Part shown: positions 35,806 through 45,930 of the stretch, piece after piece
How positions within the stretch are numbered: position 1 is the stretch's first letter
How the letters are laid out: each line of letters opens with the position of its first letter
DNA from: an uncultured Bacillota bacterium
GTDB taxonomy: Bacteria; Bacillota_I; Bacilli_A; RFN20; CAG-826
NCBI GenBank assembly: GCA_949298195.1
Contig: CASFVT010000019.1
Location: 1,664 to 65,663, forward strand
Length of the DNA: 64,000 nucleotides
Direction: 5' to 3'
Position numbers and translations under genes: made by a program
The notes under the pieces: model-generated
Database searches by the model: none
Seen by the model: only the letters and a program-made list of their open reading frames with translations
Told to the model about the DNA's origin: nothing

Positions 35806-37164
35806 ATGTCTGGCTTTATGAAATCGTTCCTTACTAAAACGAAAGCAGTTCTCAAGACAATCGGTTCTTGGTTCTCCGCCGCTTTTGACTTCATTAGGGA
35901 TTCAGTCTGTCAATTGAGGAACCCCCTTCATCATTGGCAAACATATGTTGTTCTCGCTCTTTATGTTGCCGGGGTTATCTCGGCCTCGTTTGCTTTTAGA
36001 GGAAACGTCGCAATGGATGTATGGCCCCAAGGTTTCCTCATTGCTGAAAAACTAGCTCATGAAAATTCACTTGTATCCTACACGATACAAAGCGAACCAA
36101 CAGTCCTTGACGATTGGCGGGAAAATAACCGATTTTCCTCAATGGTTTCCGATATAAATACCTACACATATGATGGGTATTCCGTTCTCTCACCATCGAA
36201 CGAGGATTTAAGCCCAACACTTGGGGAGATTGTTTGGATTGGCGACAAACAAAACGAAATTAGTGGAATATCATGCGGTAGCATCGATGTATGCAACTAC
36301 ATCGGTGGGGCTGTTGGCTGGGAATATCTTTCAGGTATCACCATGAACTGCCTCTACACTGAACTCGAAAATATAGTTTGGTCTGAATTCAATTTTCCAA
36401 ACAAAGAAGCATCTTCGTATATCCCCACAACACTGGCCGATATGATAATTGCATTCGATGAGAACGACTCATTTCAAACGTATGACGATTTGATAGGTTT
36501 GGCTTTTGGTTATCGATTTGTCGAAAAGACACTCGCTTTCTCGATCAACAACATCTACGACGCCGAAACGCTTTATGGCCCTGCTGTTACAACGACGTTT
36601 GTCAATCCCATCATTACCGATTCAAAAACGATTTTCGACAAGCATCCGGTATCCCTCTATGCTGGAACAAACCGTGATGCAATCGTATATAGGGAATTGG
36701 TTTATCAGCTCGGAATCGTGGCGGGCTGGGGCTATGACTTCACATCATATTTCGTCGACACAAATTCACGCCGTCTGCCGTCAAATGACGATACAGCTCA
36801 CATCATCAAGAACCTGACAAACAATGGCCCGGCGTTTTTCAACGGAACGAACGCGCTTTGGTTTTCGTTTCTCGTAGTATGTCTTTTGGCTTCTCTTCTC
36901 TTATTGGCCTTTTCCGGTTTCAAGAATTATTGGGTTCCTTTTTCGAACATGCATTTCCTCTGGGCGTTCTCCCTGTCCGTTCTCTTCATGTTGGCATCCG
37001 GCGTCGGATTTGCTGCCCTTGGATGGGGTTTAGCAGCATATAAGGCAATCAACCCAGCGTACGGCATCGTCGGTGTTTTCTTGCCTTATATCGGAATGGG
37101 AATGTTCTTTCTTGGCGCCAAAATTGGGAGAAGGAGGGTGATGACAAATGAAAAACTTGTTTAG
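35806..37164 (+). CDS. membrane protein of unknown function (large extracytoplasmic domain, C-terminal helix bundle)
   Basis: 452 aa. One N-terminal helix, about 270 non-hydrophobic residues, then about 4 C-terminal helices. First gene of the plus-strand glycan genes. No recognisable motif. Confidence 0.55.
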   Translation: MSGFMKSFLTKTKAVLKTIGSWFSAAFDFIRDSVCQLRNPLHHWQTYVVLALYVAGVISASFAFRGNVAMDVWPQGFLIAEKLAHENSLVSYTIQSEPTVLDDWRENNRFSSMVSDINTYTYDGYSVLSPSNEDLSPTLGEIVWIGDKQNEISGISCGSIDVCNYIGGAVGWEYLSGITMNCLYTELENIVWSEFNFPNKEASSYIPTTLADMIIAFDENDSFQTYDDLIGLAFGYRFVEKTLAFSINNIYDAETLYGPAVTTTFVNPIITDSKTIFDKHPVSLYAGTNRDAIVYRELVYQLGIVAGWGYDFTSYFVDTNSRRLPSNDDTAHIIKNLTNNGPAFFNGTNALWFSFLVVCLLASLLLLAFSGFKNYWVPFSNMHFLWAFSLSVLFMLASGVGFAALGWGLAAYKAINPAYGIVGVFLPYIGMGMFFLGAKIGRRRVMTNEKLV

Positions 37165-38386
37165 CCGCTCCACATCAGCATATAAATCGGAATTCGAGAC
37201 GGTTAGGGAAGCCGTGAAGAATAAGGATTGGCCATTCCTTCTTGCATCGATCCTCTTCTTTGCCTACATCCTCTTGTTTCTTTGCTTCGCCCGTCCCCCG
37301 TTCAATAGTCTTTATAACCCGATATTCATCGTTTTGTCTTTGGCGGTCATCTTCTTTTGCGTTTGGCGCACCGGACTGAAATTTAATATCGGCGTTTTCG
37401 GTGTCTTATGCTACCTCATCATCGTTTTTGCCATAAACGCTGCGAAAGGCATCTATTCGCTAAGTCCTTTAATTCCCCCAATTGCCATCTTAGTCACATA
37501 CGAATTTGCCTCTTCTTGTCGAAAAAGGGAAAATGAACTTCTTCTCCGTTTGGTTTACATCGCCCTCATCATTCTTCTCGTCTGGTCATACATCCGTTAT
37601 ATGCCTGATTGGATTGAGACAAGAGATGTGTCGATTTTCCTGGATGGTTTCTTTGAGAATTTGGATGGCCTCACCGATTATTTTGCAATCCTTTTTGCCA
37701 TCTCGCTCCACTATGTGGGGAAAAAACAATGGGAATCAATCATGGTAAGCCTCGCTTCTCTCTTCTTCATAATCGCAAGCGAAAGAAGAACGGGATTGCT
37801 GCTATGTCTTGGGGCCATTGTCCTTTTCGCATATTTCAAATTCGGACACAAGAATCCACCGGCCTTTGCCATTGGCTTGGCGATGTCTTTGGTTGTGGCT
37901 CTCCTGATTCTCATCCTCGTTCCCCAATTCCAGAGTCTGGGAGATCGAATACTGGCTGCCGTTCAATCAATCCTTACCTACGAGGGGCAATTCGCCGGGG
38001 AACCGAGGTTGGCTCTGGTAATTCGGGGACTCGTATACGGCTTCTCGAATTTCTTCGGGGCAATGGGTTATGATAGCATCGCCAACCTCTTGAATAGCAC
38101 CCCTGCGCACGATTTGATTGGTGATCTCTCACAGAATTACGGCGGTTTGGTTGGAATTACCACCGTCGTGTTCTTCTCGATAATCGCCTTCAAAATGCTA
38201 TTCAAATCCCGGGGTGATCGTTATCTCAATTCGTTTTACGGTCTTTTCTTCTTCCTTTTCATTTTTCTGGGAACGTTTTTGTACAATCGAGCTTTTTGTT
38301 TTTTTGGCGGCTTCTTTGCCGCTTTCTCGTTCAATAGTGTTGCGTCGCCCGCCTTCCCCAAAAAGAGGGCATTGGTAGTTTGCTAA
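37148..38386 (+). CDS. O-antigen polymerase/ligase (Wzy-like) family membrane protein
   Basis: 412 aa with 10 or more helices. The central segment ASERRTGLLLCLGAIVLF resembles the Wzy_C region. 17-nt overlap with the upstream gene. Confidence 0.6.
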   Translation: MKNLFSRSTSAYKSEFETVREAVKNKDWPFLLASILFFAYILLFLCFARPPFNSLYNPIFIVLSLAVIFFCVWRTGLKFNIGVFGVLCYLIIVFAINAAKGIYSLSPLIPPIAILVTYEFASSCRKRENELLLRLVYIALIILLVWSYIRYMPDWIETRDVSIFLDGFFENLDGLTDYFAILFAISLHYVGKKQWESIMVSLASLFFIIASERRTGLLLCLGAIVLFAYFKFGHKNPPAFAIGLAMSLVVALLILILVPQFQSLGDRILAAVQSILTYEGQFAGEPRLALVIRGLVYGFSNFFGAMGYDSIANLLNSTPAHDLIGDLSQNYGGLVGITTVVFFSIIAFKMLFKSRGDRYLNSFYGLFFFLFIFLGTFLYNRAFCFFGGFFAAFSFNSVASPAFPKKRALVVC

Positions 38387-38426
38387 AACATGTAAGGCCG
38401 TATTGATTTGAATATCCCAATGGGAT

Positions 38427-40031
38427 ATGTTGCACCACTGTATGTCGGAATCTGAACTGAAAGGCAAATCCCCCGAGGAAAAGCACGACGAAGCCAAAAG
38501 CAACCACAAAATAGCTTTTGGCAGCCTTGCAAGTTATCTCTTCATCGCCTTGCAAATAATCAGTGGCATTGTCTTCATTCCCATCATTTCGAAAACATAC
38601 GGCCAGAATCAATACGGCCTCATTACTCTTTCCAATTCTTTCGTAACCTTGTTCTTGACGGATATTGGTTTATCGGTCGTCGCCACGAAGTACCTCTCCC
38701 AGTTCAATGCCGAAGGGCGCCACGACGAAGCCAGAACGCTCATTGGCCTTATCTACAAAATATTCTTTCTCATTTCCGGAATAGCTTTTGTAATCCTATT
38801 CGTCGCTTATTTTTTCTTGGGTGACATCTATGCCGGCCTCACAGCTGACGAAATACCCGTCTTCCGAATCATATTCTCCATTACGGCAATCTTTGGGGTC
38901 GTCTCCCTTCCTTTCATGACGCTGGAAGGAGTCCTGAATGCTTACGAGGAATATACGGCAATTCGCATAATCAACATTATTCAACGACTCTTGTACATTT
39001 CATTTTGCTTGTTGTCTGTTCTACTAAAATGGCCAATTTATGCCATTGCGCTTGCGGCATCTGGAACAGGTTTAATTTCGTATTTGCTGAAATATGCATA
39101 TTCCAAGAAGAAGACCGGGTTCAAAGCCGATCTTAAATCGAAATTGCCGACCTCTTTGAAAAGAGAAATCGTAGTCTTTTCAATTTGGAATATCATCGTC
39201 TCGATTTGTTGGCGTCTATTCACTTTTGTCGGTCCTTCGATTCTTGGCATTGTCTCAGATTCATCCAATATTGCGGTTTTTACCGTTGCTGCCCAAATAG
39301 AATCTTACGGGTTTGCCATATGCGGCGTCCTGAATACTTATTTCCTTCCGAAATTATCAAGGATATTTGCCTCCACCGAACTAACCCTCGAGGAACAGTA
39401 CAAAAGAGTTATTTCTCTTGGATCGAAGGTGGCTATCCTCACTTCCAGCCTGATAATCATCATCTGTGTTGGATTTGCTTCATGTGGGCAAGAATTCGTG
39501 ACGGTTTGGATGGACGATCCCGGCTATAACAACGTCTATCCGTGCTCCCTCATCATGCTCTGTGGAATCGCCTTCACGTTGCCGAATACTGTTCTGAAAA
39601 ACGCCTTGAACTACCATGGGCAAATTAAGTACCTGGCCATCACCCAAATCATTGGCGTCATTGTTTTTTTGGCTGTGTCTTTCGCTCTTAGCTGGTTCGC
39701 AGGGGCCCTAGGGACCGCAATCGGAGCGGCTATTGGTGAAATCGTTTCCTTCGTTGGAATGAATGTCTGCTACAAAAGGCTCTGGGGAATGAAGCTTGCC
39801 CCTTTCTACTTGAAGGTTTATGCAAGACAAATCGTTCCTCTTTCCCTGTCTTTGCTGGTCGGGCTTCTCCTTCACTTCTACTTGCCATTGTCGGAACCGT
39901 GGAAACTTGTAGTCATCGCAATCGCCGTATCCATAGTTTACTTACCGATTTGTTGGTTCTTTGTCTTTGACCACGAACTCAGAGGGGGCCTGCTGTCCAT
40001 CTTCTTCAAGAAGAAAGCTAAAGGAACATGA
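38427..40031 (+). CDS. wzx: Wzx-type oligosaccharide flippase (MOP superfamily)
   Basis: 534 aa with about 14 helices. The N-terminus LQIISGIVFIPIISKTYGQNQYGL is typical of polysaccharide biosynthesis (Polysacc_synt) proteins. Confidence 0.75.
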   Translation: MLHHCMSESELKGKSPEEKHDEAKSNHKIAFGSLASYLFIALQIISGIVFIPIISKTYGQNQYGLITLSNSFVTLFLTDIGLSVVATKYLSQFNAEGRHDEARTLIGLIYKIFFLISGIAFVILFVAYFFLGDIYAGLTADEIPVFRIIFSITAIFGVVSLPFMTLEGVLNAYEEYTAIRIINIIQRLLYISFCLLSVLLKWPIYAIALAASGTGLISYLLKYAYSKKKTGFKADLKSKLPTSLKREIVVFSIWNIIVSICWRLFTFVGPSILGIVSDSSNIAVFTVAAQIESYGFAICGVLNTYFLPKLSRIFASTELTLEEQYKRVISLGSKVAILTSSLIIIICVGFASCGQEFVTVWMDDPGYNNVYPCSLIMLCGIAFTLPNTVLKNALNYHGQIKYLAITQIIGVIVFLAVSFALSWFAGALGTAIGAAIGEIVSFVGMNVCYKRLWGMKLAPFYLKVYARQIVPLSLSLLVGLLLHFYLPLSEPWKLVVIAIAVSIVYLPICWFFVFDHELRGGLLSIFFKKKAKGT

Positions 40032-40152
40032 AAAGCAGTCCGGCGTCTTTGCTAAACTAAATGAGCATGATGTCAGTGACAATGTGCTTGTACTATGGAT
40101 CAGCCAAGTAGGAGCCCCTGGACTGACAACGCTTCTGCAATGAGGTTATTAC

Positions 40153-41313
40153 ATGGGGACTTTTGAACACAGAGCTGGATCCGACCGCGGGAATCCATGG
40201 CTCAGCGTCATCATTCCTTGCTATGAATCACAGCAATATTTTCAAGCTTTGGTCGATTCGTTGATTGCAGGCCAATCTGACGAATCAGTGGGGGTGGAGT
40301 TGATTTTCGTCAATGACGGCTCGAAAGCCTTTCATGATTTTTACTGTCGTTGGTGCAGCGAAAACGGCATTGCCTACCCTCACCCGCAAAGCCATTCACA
40401 AGACCGCTATCGTGGATTCGAATTTGTGTATTTATGGCAAAGCAATAAGGGGCCAGCCACTGCAAGAAACAAAGGCTTGTCGTTGGCAAAAGGCGAGTTC
40501 GTCGCCTTCTTCGATTCTGATGACTCCGTAAAGCCCGAGTGGCTAAAAATCTTGAGAACAGCGATAAAGATTCCTTCCGACATAACGATATTCCAGTTCT
40601 TCGTTTCGAAAGATCAAGAAGCTTCCCCGGCAATCGATTTCCGGGAAAACGCAATTGATATCAAGGACACGAGAATCGTGCCTTTTGATGCGTTCCTTAG
40701 ATTCTGCACCAGCTCACTGGATAAAGGATTCTTTGCAGGCGCAAGCAAGGAAAAATGGGCCGGCCCCTATCGCTTTCTCTTCAAGCGGAGTTTCATCATG
40801 GCGAACGATTTGGTTTTTCCAACGGAAATTCGCTACATGGAGGACAACCTTTTTCTCGGCATGGCACTTCTGCGGAACCCTTCCATACGGGAACTGCCTA
40901 TTGGATATTACGTATACAATTGTCGGAACCAAGGAATTTCTCAGAGTTTTTTTGAGAAAAACGATTGCAAAAGCAATCTGGATTTTATAAAAACCTTCCT
41001 AAGACTGAAACAGGATTCACTTATGGCTTGGCGAGCTAAGGGCTTCCTAATCGCTCCATCGATGATGACCGGGTATATCTATCACATAGTGATGTCCATG
41101 CTCCCCTTCCTCAATAAAACGGCCGTGAATGAACTTAGGGTTATCCTTTCCCAAAAATCCCTTCTCGGGGTTCTATCGAATATCGATACGGGCATCGAGG
41201 GAATTAGCTTGGTCAGGAGATTTGCAGTTGCCTTGTTCAAAAAGCGTCATTTAGCGGCCTTAAAATTCATGCTTAAAATCAAGGCTTTCGTTCGAGGGGG
41301 GCGAAAAAATTGA
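40153..41313 (+). CDS. GT2-family glycosyltransferase
   Basis: LSVIIPCYESQQYF, FVNDGS and FFDSDD (DxD) motifs. Confidence 0.8.
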   Translation: MGTFEHRAGSDRGNPWLSVIIPCYESQQYFQALVDSLIAGQSDESVGVELIFVNDGSKAFHDFYCRWCSENGIAYPHPQSHSQDRYRGFEFVYLWQSNKGPATARNKGLSLAKGEFVAFFDSDDSVKPEWLKILRTAIKIPSDITIFQFFVSKDQEASPAIDFRENAIDIKDTRIVPFDAFLRFCTSSLDKGFFAGASKEKWAGPYRFLFKRSFIMANDLVFPTEIRYMEDNLFLGMALLRNPSIRELPIGYYVYNCRNQGISQSFFEKNDCKSNLDFIKTFLRLKQDSLMAWRAKGFLIAPSMMTGYIYHIVMSMLPFLNKTAVNELRVILSQKSLLGVLSNIDTGIEGISLVRRFAVALFKKRHLAALKFMLKIKAFVRGGRKN

Positions 41314-42518
41314 AAAGGCTGCTACTGTACATAGGCTATGATTTCGGCCGTGAAATCGAGGAAGAGCTCATTCTCCATCAAAAAGCAAATTCGCGTCTTT
41401 CAGGGCTCATCTATTCTGGCAAAATCCTTCCTGGTCTCGAAAATGTCTATGGGGATTCTTGGCTTGAATACTTGGTCTTCCCTGCCGGCTGGTGGCCACG
41501 TTTCTCCAAGAAACTCAGGATTCGAGGATTAAGTTCTTCCGAGAAAAGAAAACGAAAGCCATCTTATTGCAATATCGTCGGTCTAAAAGCCGACTCGATC
41601 TATCGATCATTAAAAAGGGATTTTACATCCTTACTAAGAGACGGAACCGTTTCTAGTGACGATGAACTTGACATCTTTGTCTCCGAAACAAAAAGGGGTT
41701 ATCTGAAATTTGCCAAATACGTAAAATCCCTTTGCCCCGCTTCGAAGATAATCGCAGACGTCCAAGACGTGCCAGGAATCAATTACGAGCCCCTGCGTGG
41801 GTTGTCCAGATTCAAAGTGTTTGACGATTGGCTAACGATGTCGCTTCTGAAAAGAATCACCGATGCCTATGTTTTATTGTCCCCTTTCATGATGGATGAG
41901 ATCAAACAATCCGATAAACCATTCATCGTCTCGGAAGGTATATGTTCACCGGTTAATCGCGAGATTCCGCAGACAATAAGGCATTCGATCGTTTACACAG
42001 GTTCTTTAGTTGAAAGCCGTTGCAACGCATCGATTCTCATAGAAGCATTTAAATTGATAAAGGCTACATTCCCGGATGCTCGCCTTTTGATTGCCGGATC
42101 AGAACCAAACGAGGCTATTGTAAAAGCGAAGAATATGGTTGGATTTACTTATCTGGGTAATGTTTCCCCGGAAGAGGCAAAAAAAGTCCAACGTTCGGCT
42201 GAAGTTCTGGTTAACCTGCGTTCCCCGAACCCCAAGTTCAAATACGCCTTCCCCTCTAAACTGACCGATTATCTAAGTGCAGGAAAGCCGATTATCAGCT
42301 CAGCTCTTGATTTCTTGCCAGTTGAGTACACGGATGTTGTCTTCGTTCCGGACTCCCTTACGGCCGAAGGCGTTGCTTCAAAAATAGATTATATCTTCCG
42401 GCTCAAAGACCATGAATTAATGGAGATAGGTGCCAAAGCCATTAACTTGGCAAATAGTAAAGACGGCCTTTCATTTGGCAAAAATGTAAAATCTTTATTT
42501 GATAGTTTGAGATCATGA
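41310..42518 (+). CDS. GT1/GT4-like glycosyltransferase
   Basis: TTG start in a TTGA overlap with the upstream stop. C-terminal YAFPSKLTDYLSAGKPIISS resembles the GT-B donor-binding helix. Confidence 0.65.
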   Translation: MKRLLLYIGYDFGREIEEELILHQKANSRLSGLIYSGKILPGLENVYGDSWLEYLVFPAGWWPRFSKKLRIRGLSSSEKRKRKPSYCNIVGLKADSIYRSLKRDFTSLLRDGTVSSDDELDIFVSETKRGYLKFAKYVKSLCPASKIIADVQDVPGINYEPLRGLSRFKVFDDWLTMSLLKRITDAYVLLSPFMMDEIKQSDKPFIVSEGICSPVNREIPQTIRHSIVYTGSLVESRCNASILIEAFKLIKATFPDARLLIAGSEPNEAIVKAKNMVGFTYLGNVSPEEAKKVQRSAEVLVNLRSPNPKFKYAFPSKLTDYLSAGKPIISSALDFLPVEYTDVVFVPDSLTAEGVASKIDYIFRLKDHELMEIGAKAINLANSKDGLSFGKNVKSLFDSLRS

Positions 42519-43471
42519 CTGCGGTATCGTTCGTCATACCGGCCTTTAATGCCGAAAAAACATTGGAAACTTGTATTTCCTCACTCTATAAACATCATCC
42601 ATCATCTGATTTCGAATGCATAGTCGTCAATGATGGTTCAAGGGATTCAACCGAAGCGATTTGCATCGCTTTCGCGAATCGCTTTGAAAATTTCAAATAC
42701 TTCACAATTCCCAATTCCGGAGTAAGCGTCGCTAGGAACAAGGGGATAAAAATGGCAACCGGTAAATATCTATGTTTCGTCGATTCAGACGACTTTTTGG
42801 TTTCTGCCGTCGACGTTTCTTCAATTTACTCAAGAAGCGCCGACATGATACTCTTCCCCCTCCTCTCGACTAGACATCCTGTTGAGAGTGGCTGTATCGA
42901 TCGAGCATCGCTATTTGAATGGACACTGGACAACCGTCACCCGGAATTGAATTTGCGCAGCGTGTGGTCGAAATTGTATCTCAGAAGCAAAATAGTGGAG
43001 TCCGGCACTTCTTTTCCAAATGGAATCAACATGGGAGAAGACTGGTTATTCAACCTTTCGTTTGTGCAGTCCATCGGAACTTGTGAAATCGACCCTCGTA
43101 TATTTTATGTCCACGTCGAGAACCAAAACGGCCTTTCCAGTGGCTACAACCCAAACTACTTCGAAAGCGACCGCAAGTTCCATACCGTCCTCGCCAGGAT
43201 TTTGAATGATAAGAAATATGGCGGCTTCTTGAAACGCCTAAAATTCGAGGGATTGCTCACGGGCTTCCAACTATGCACATTCAATTCAAGAAATGTCTCG
43301 TCATATGGACAGCGAAAGAAATCGTTCCTTGCTATATTGAATGACCCTTGCTATTCAGACACCTTTGTTAAACCTTTTCCCGAGCTAAGAAATTGGAAAG
43401 AGCGTCTTCTTTATCGAATCATCAGTCATAAAGCGTTTGCCTTATTGGAGTTTATATTCCGACTCAATTAA
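42515..43471 (+). CDS. GT2-family glycosyltransferase
   Basis: VSFVIPAFNAEKTLETCISSL, VVNDGSRD and FVDSDD motifs. ATGA overlap with the upstream gene. Confidence 0.8.
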   Translation: MTAVSFVIPAFNAEKTLETCISSLYKHHPSSDFECIVVNDGSRDSTEAICIAFANRFENFKYFTIPNSGVSVARNKGIKMATGKYLCFVDSDDFLVSAVDVSSIYSRSADMILFPLLSTRHPVESGCIDRASLFEWTLDNRHPELNLRSVWSKLYLRSKIVESGTSFPNGINMGEDWLFNLSFVQSIGTCEIDPRIFYVHVENQNGLSSGYNPNYFESDRKFHTVLARILNDKKYGGFLKRLKFEGLLTGFQLCTFNSRNVSSYGQRKKSFLAILNDPCYSDTFVKPFPELRNWKERLLYRIISHKAFALLEFIFRLN

Positions 43472-43513
43472 CCAAAAGCTAGACAGACGCAATTCGACCA
43501 TAGCTGGCAAACA

Positions 43514-44722
43514 TCAATCGCGACCATATAAATCTCGCGAATAGACCTTTGAAAGGAAAGGAGTCAGCCTTTCGTCAACCCTATTGGCAAGTATGAGCGT
43601 GGATGATTCGATGAATTCATCGAAATCGGCAACAATGGAAACCCCGTGATATTCTTCAAGATCCAAAGATGGCTCGTAAACGATTAAATCTATACCTTTT
43701 TTAAGGAGTAGCTCCATGACCCCTTGAACAGATGATTGACGAAAGTTGTCGGAATTGGCTTTCATCGTGAGACGATAGACACCGACAATAGGCTTAGTTG
43801 GCGAATTCCGATTGTCTTCCAGTATTTTCAGAATGTCGTCGGCAATGAATTGTTTTCGTGTCTGATTGGCTTCGACAATAGCCGAGATCAGATTCTCGGG
43901 AACATCCCGGAAGTTAGCTCGAAGTTGTTTGGAATCCTTGGGTAGACAATAACCTCCATATCCAAACGATGGATTGTTGTAATAAAGACCTATTCTTGGG
44001 TCGAGGCACACACCGTCAATGATGTTCTTTGTAGAGAGTCCTTTTGCTTCCGAATAGGTGTCGAGTTCGTTGAAGAAAGAAACACGAAGGGCAAGGTAAG
44101 TGTTGGCGAATAACTTTACTGCCTCAGCTTCGCTGGAATTCATGAAACGAAGCGGGACGTTGTTTTTCAACGCGCTGTCACTCAACACTTTCGCAAATTG
44201 CTCTGCCCGGCGTTCGCTATCGGGGTCTTTTGTGGGGTAGCCGACGATTATTCTCGATGGGCAAAGGTTATCGTACAGGGCTTTCGATTCCCTAAGAAAT
44301 TCTGGCGAGAAAAGCAAGTGGAGTTTAGGATGCAACTCTTGTGCGCGAGCCGTATATCCAACCGGAACAGTGGACTTAATTACAACGGTCGCTGTAGGAG
44401 AAGTCTCCTCAATTTCTTCCAACACACCGTCAACGCTCGATGTATCGAAAAAATCCTTTTCCTGATCATAATCAGTCGGAACGGCAACAATGATCAAATC
44501 GCGGTTTGAGTATCCTTCTACTGCCGAGTCCGTGGCAACAAGATTGAGTCGTCGGTTCTTGAGAAAATCGGCAATATCATCATCTTTGACAGGCGATATT
44601 CCAGAATTTAACAGGTCGACCTTTTTCTTGACGACGTCAACAGCTACTACTTCGTTATGCTGAGAAAGAAGAACCGCTAACGATAGCCCAACATATCCCA
44701 ATCCAGCAACTGCTATCTTCAT
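43514..44722 (-). CDS. ugd: UDP-glucose 6-dehydrogenase
   Basis: Start at MKIAVAGLGYVGLS (Rossmann GxGxxG; Met 41 of track ORF 43514..44842, which begins at a TTG). GGYCLPKD catalytic-Cys motif. Confidence 0.9.
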   Translation of the reverse strand: MKIAVAGLGYVGLSLAVLLSQHNEVVAVDVVKKKVDLLNSGISPVKDDDIADFLKNRRLNLVATDSAVEGYSNRDLIIVAVPTDYDQEKDFFDTSSVDGVLEEIEETSPTATVVIKSTVPVGYTARAQELHPKLHLLFSPEFLRESKALYDNLCPSRIIVGYPTKDPDSERRAEQFAKVLSDSALKNNVPLRFMNSSEAEAVKLFANTYLALRVSFFNELDTYSEAKGLSTKNIIDGVCLDPRIGLYYNNPSFGYGGYCLPKDSKQLRANFRDVPENLISAIVEANQTRKQFIADDILKILEDNRNSPTKPIVGVYRLTMKANSDNFRQSSVQGVMELLLKKGIDLIVYEPSLDLEEYHGVSIVADFDEFIESSTLILANRVDERLTPFLSKVYSRDLYGRD

Positions 44723-45066
44723 GAAATGGCCCAATTCAAAAAATAAACTACTACATTTCCATTCGGTTGTCTCGGGAACCAGCCCCATTTCAAGAAAGGA
44801 GTTGAAGAAATAACAACCCACACCGTTGTGTTGTAACCGCAACGGTGAAACAGAGAGTAAGCCATGGAAAATCTAACACAAGAGACCATGAGAGAGTGGC
44901 CCCGAAGACCGGCGTTAACATTTCAAAAATCTGATTAGAAGAAAGTGTACGTCCTCAATCGTTCGAGCAGTAAAAGAGAACCCCATCAAAAATCTTAAAT
45001 TTTCGGTGATGACGGATATCTTACCGATGGATAAGCGCAGGTAACAATTGTCTTCCATAGGGGTTC

Positions 45067-45822
45067 TTAATATTTTAGAAACACCTTATTGAATATGACC
45101 GAAACCACATAGAAACAGGATTTCAATACTCCCATTTTTTCTTGCTTCCGATACATGGAAAAAAGAAACTTCAATGTTTCCAATTTGTGGGAGGAAAGAG
45201 AAGAGCTCCCGACTCGGTAAGAGGCTAGGCATTGTCCGACCGATAAGGCAGAACACCGTGAATCACGAAGGATTTCCAACCAGCAGGCATAGTCTTCGCA
45301 CAATTTGGTAGCAGGAAAAAGTCGTTTGCCCAGCGAGGCAGTGTCGTAAACGACGGTAAGGGTACCGATGTAATTGGAATGTAGAAGTTTTTTATGGGTA
45401 AGCTTTTCCGGCGGGGCAAAAGAAGTTTCTTTCCCATTTTCATAAATCACCCGATACGGACCATAAGAGAAATTGGCCTTCTTTTCCTCCATGAAAGCGA
45501 TTTGCCTTTCCAGTTTCGTCGACAACCATGAATCGTCGCTATCAAGGAAGGCAATATAACGCCCGCTGGCTAATTTGATACCTTCGTTTCTTGCCTCGCC
45601 GGCCCAAAGACGAGAAGGCAAATTGACAAGTTTGATTCGGGGATCTTTTTTCGCAAATTGTTCAAGGATCACGGAAGTTCGATCGGTTGAACCCGGGTTC
45701 ACCACGATTAATTCAAAATCATCCATCGTCTGGGCAAGGGCAGATTCCAAAGAAACGGCTATGTGTCGCTCGGCGTTATAGGCCGGCATGATGATGCTTA
45801 CCAAGGGACTATTACCATTCAT
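45067..45822 (-). CDS. GT2-family glycosyltransferase
   Basis: VSIIMPAYNAERHIAVSLESALAQT, VVNPGSTD and FLDSDD motifs. Confidence 0.85.
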   Translation of the reverse strand: MNGNSPLVSIIMPAYNAERHIAVSLESALAQTMDDFELIVVNPGSTDRTSVILEQFAKKDPRIKLVNLPSRLWAGEARNEGIKLASGRYIAFLDSDDSWLSTKLERQIAFMEEKKANFSYGPYRVIYENGKETSFAPPEKLTHKKLLHSNYIGTLTVVYDTASLGKRLFPATKLCEDYACWLEILRDSRCSALSVGQCLASYRVGSSSLSSHKLETLKFLFSMYRKQEKMGVLKSCFYVVSVIFNKVFLKY

Positions 45823-45930
45823 CGCAATTAAGGACCGAATATTTGGCTAAATCATTTTATCCAGCTTGGCAAAGAAAGGACAAACCGGATGCGCTCCCCA
45901 TTGCCTAGGTCCGCTGGTATAATGCCGCCG

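Larger units (their letters stand above)
33100..45860. other. lower-GC segment (putative horizontally acquired glycan-synthesis island)
   Basis: Spot counts of single 60-nt lines give about 42-47% G+C inside (lines 36001 and 39001) versus about 63% in the operon (line 23041). Third codon positions shift from G/C to A/T. Boundaries are approximate. Confidence 0.5.
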
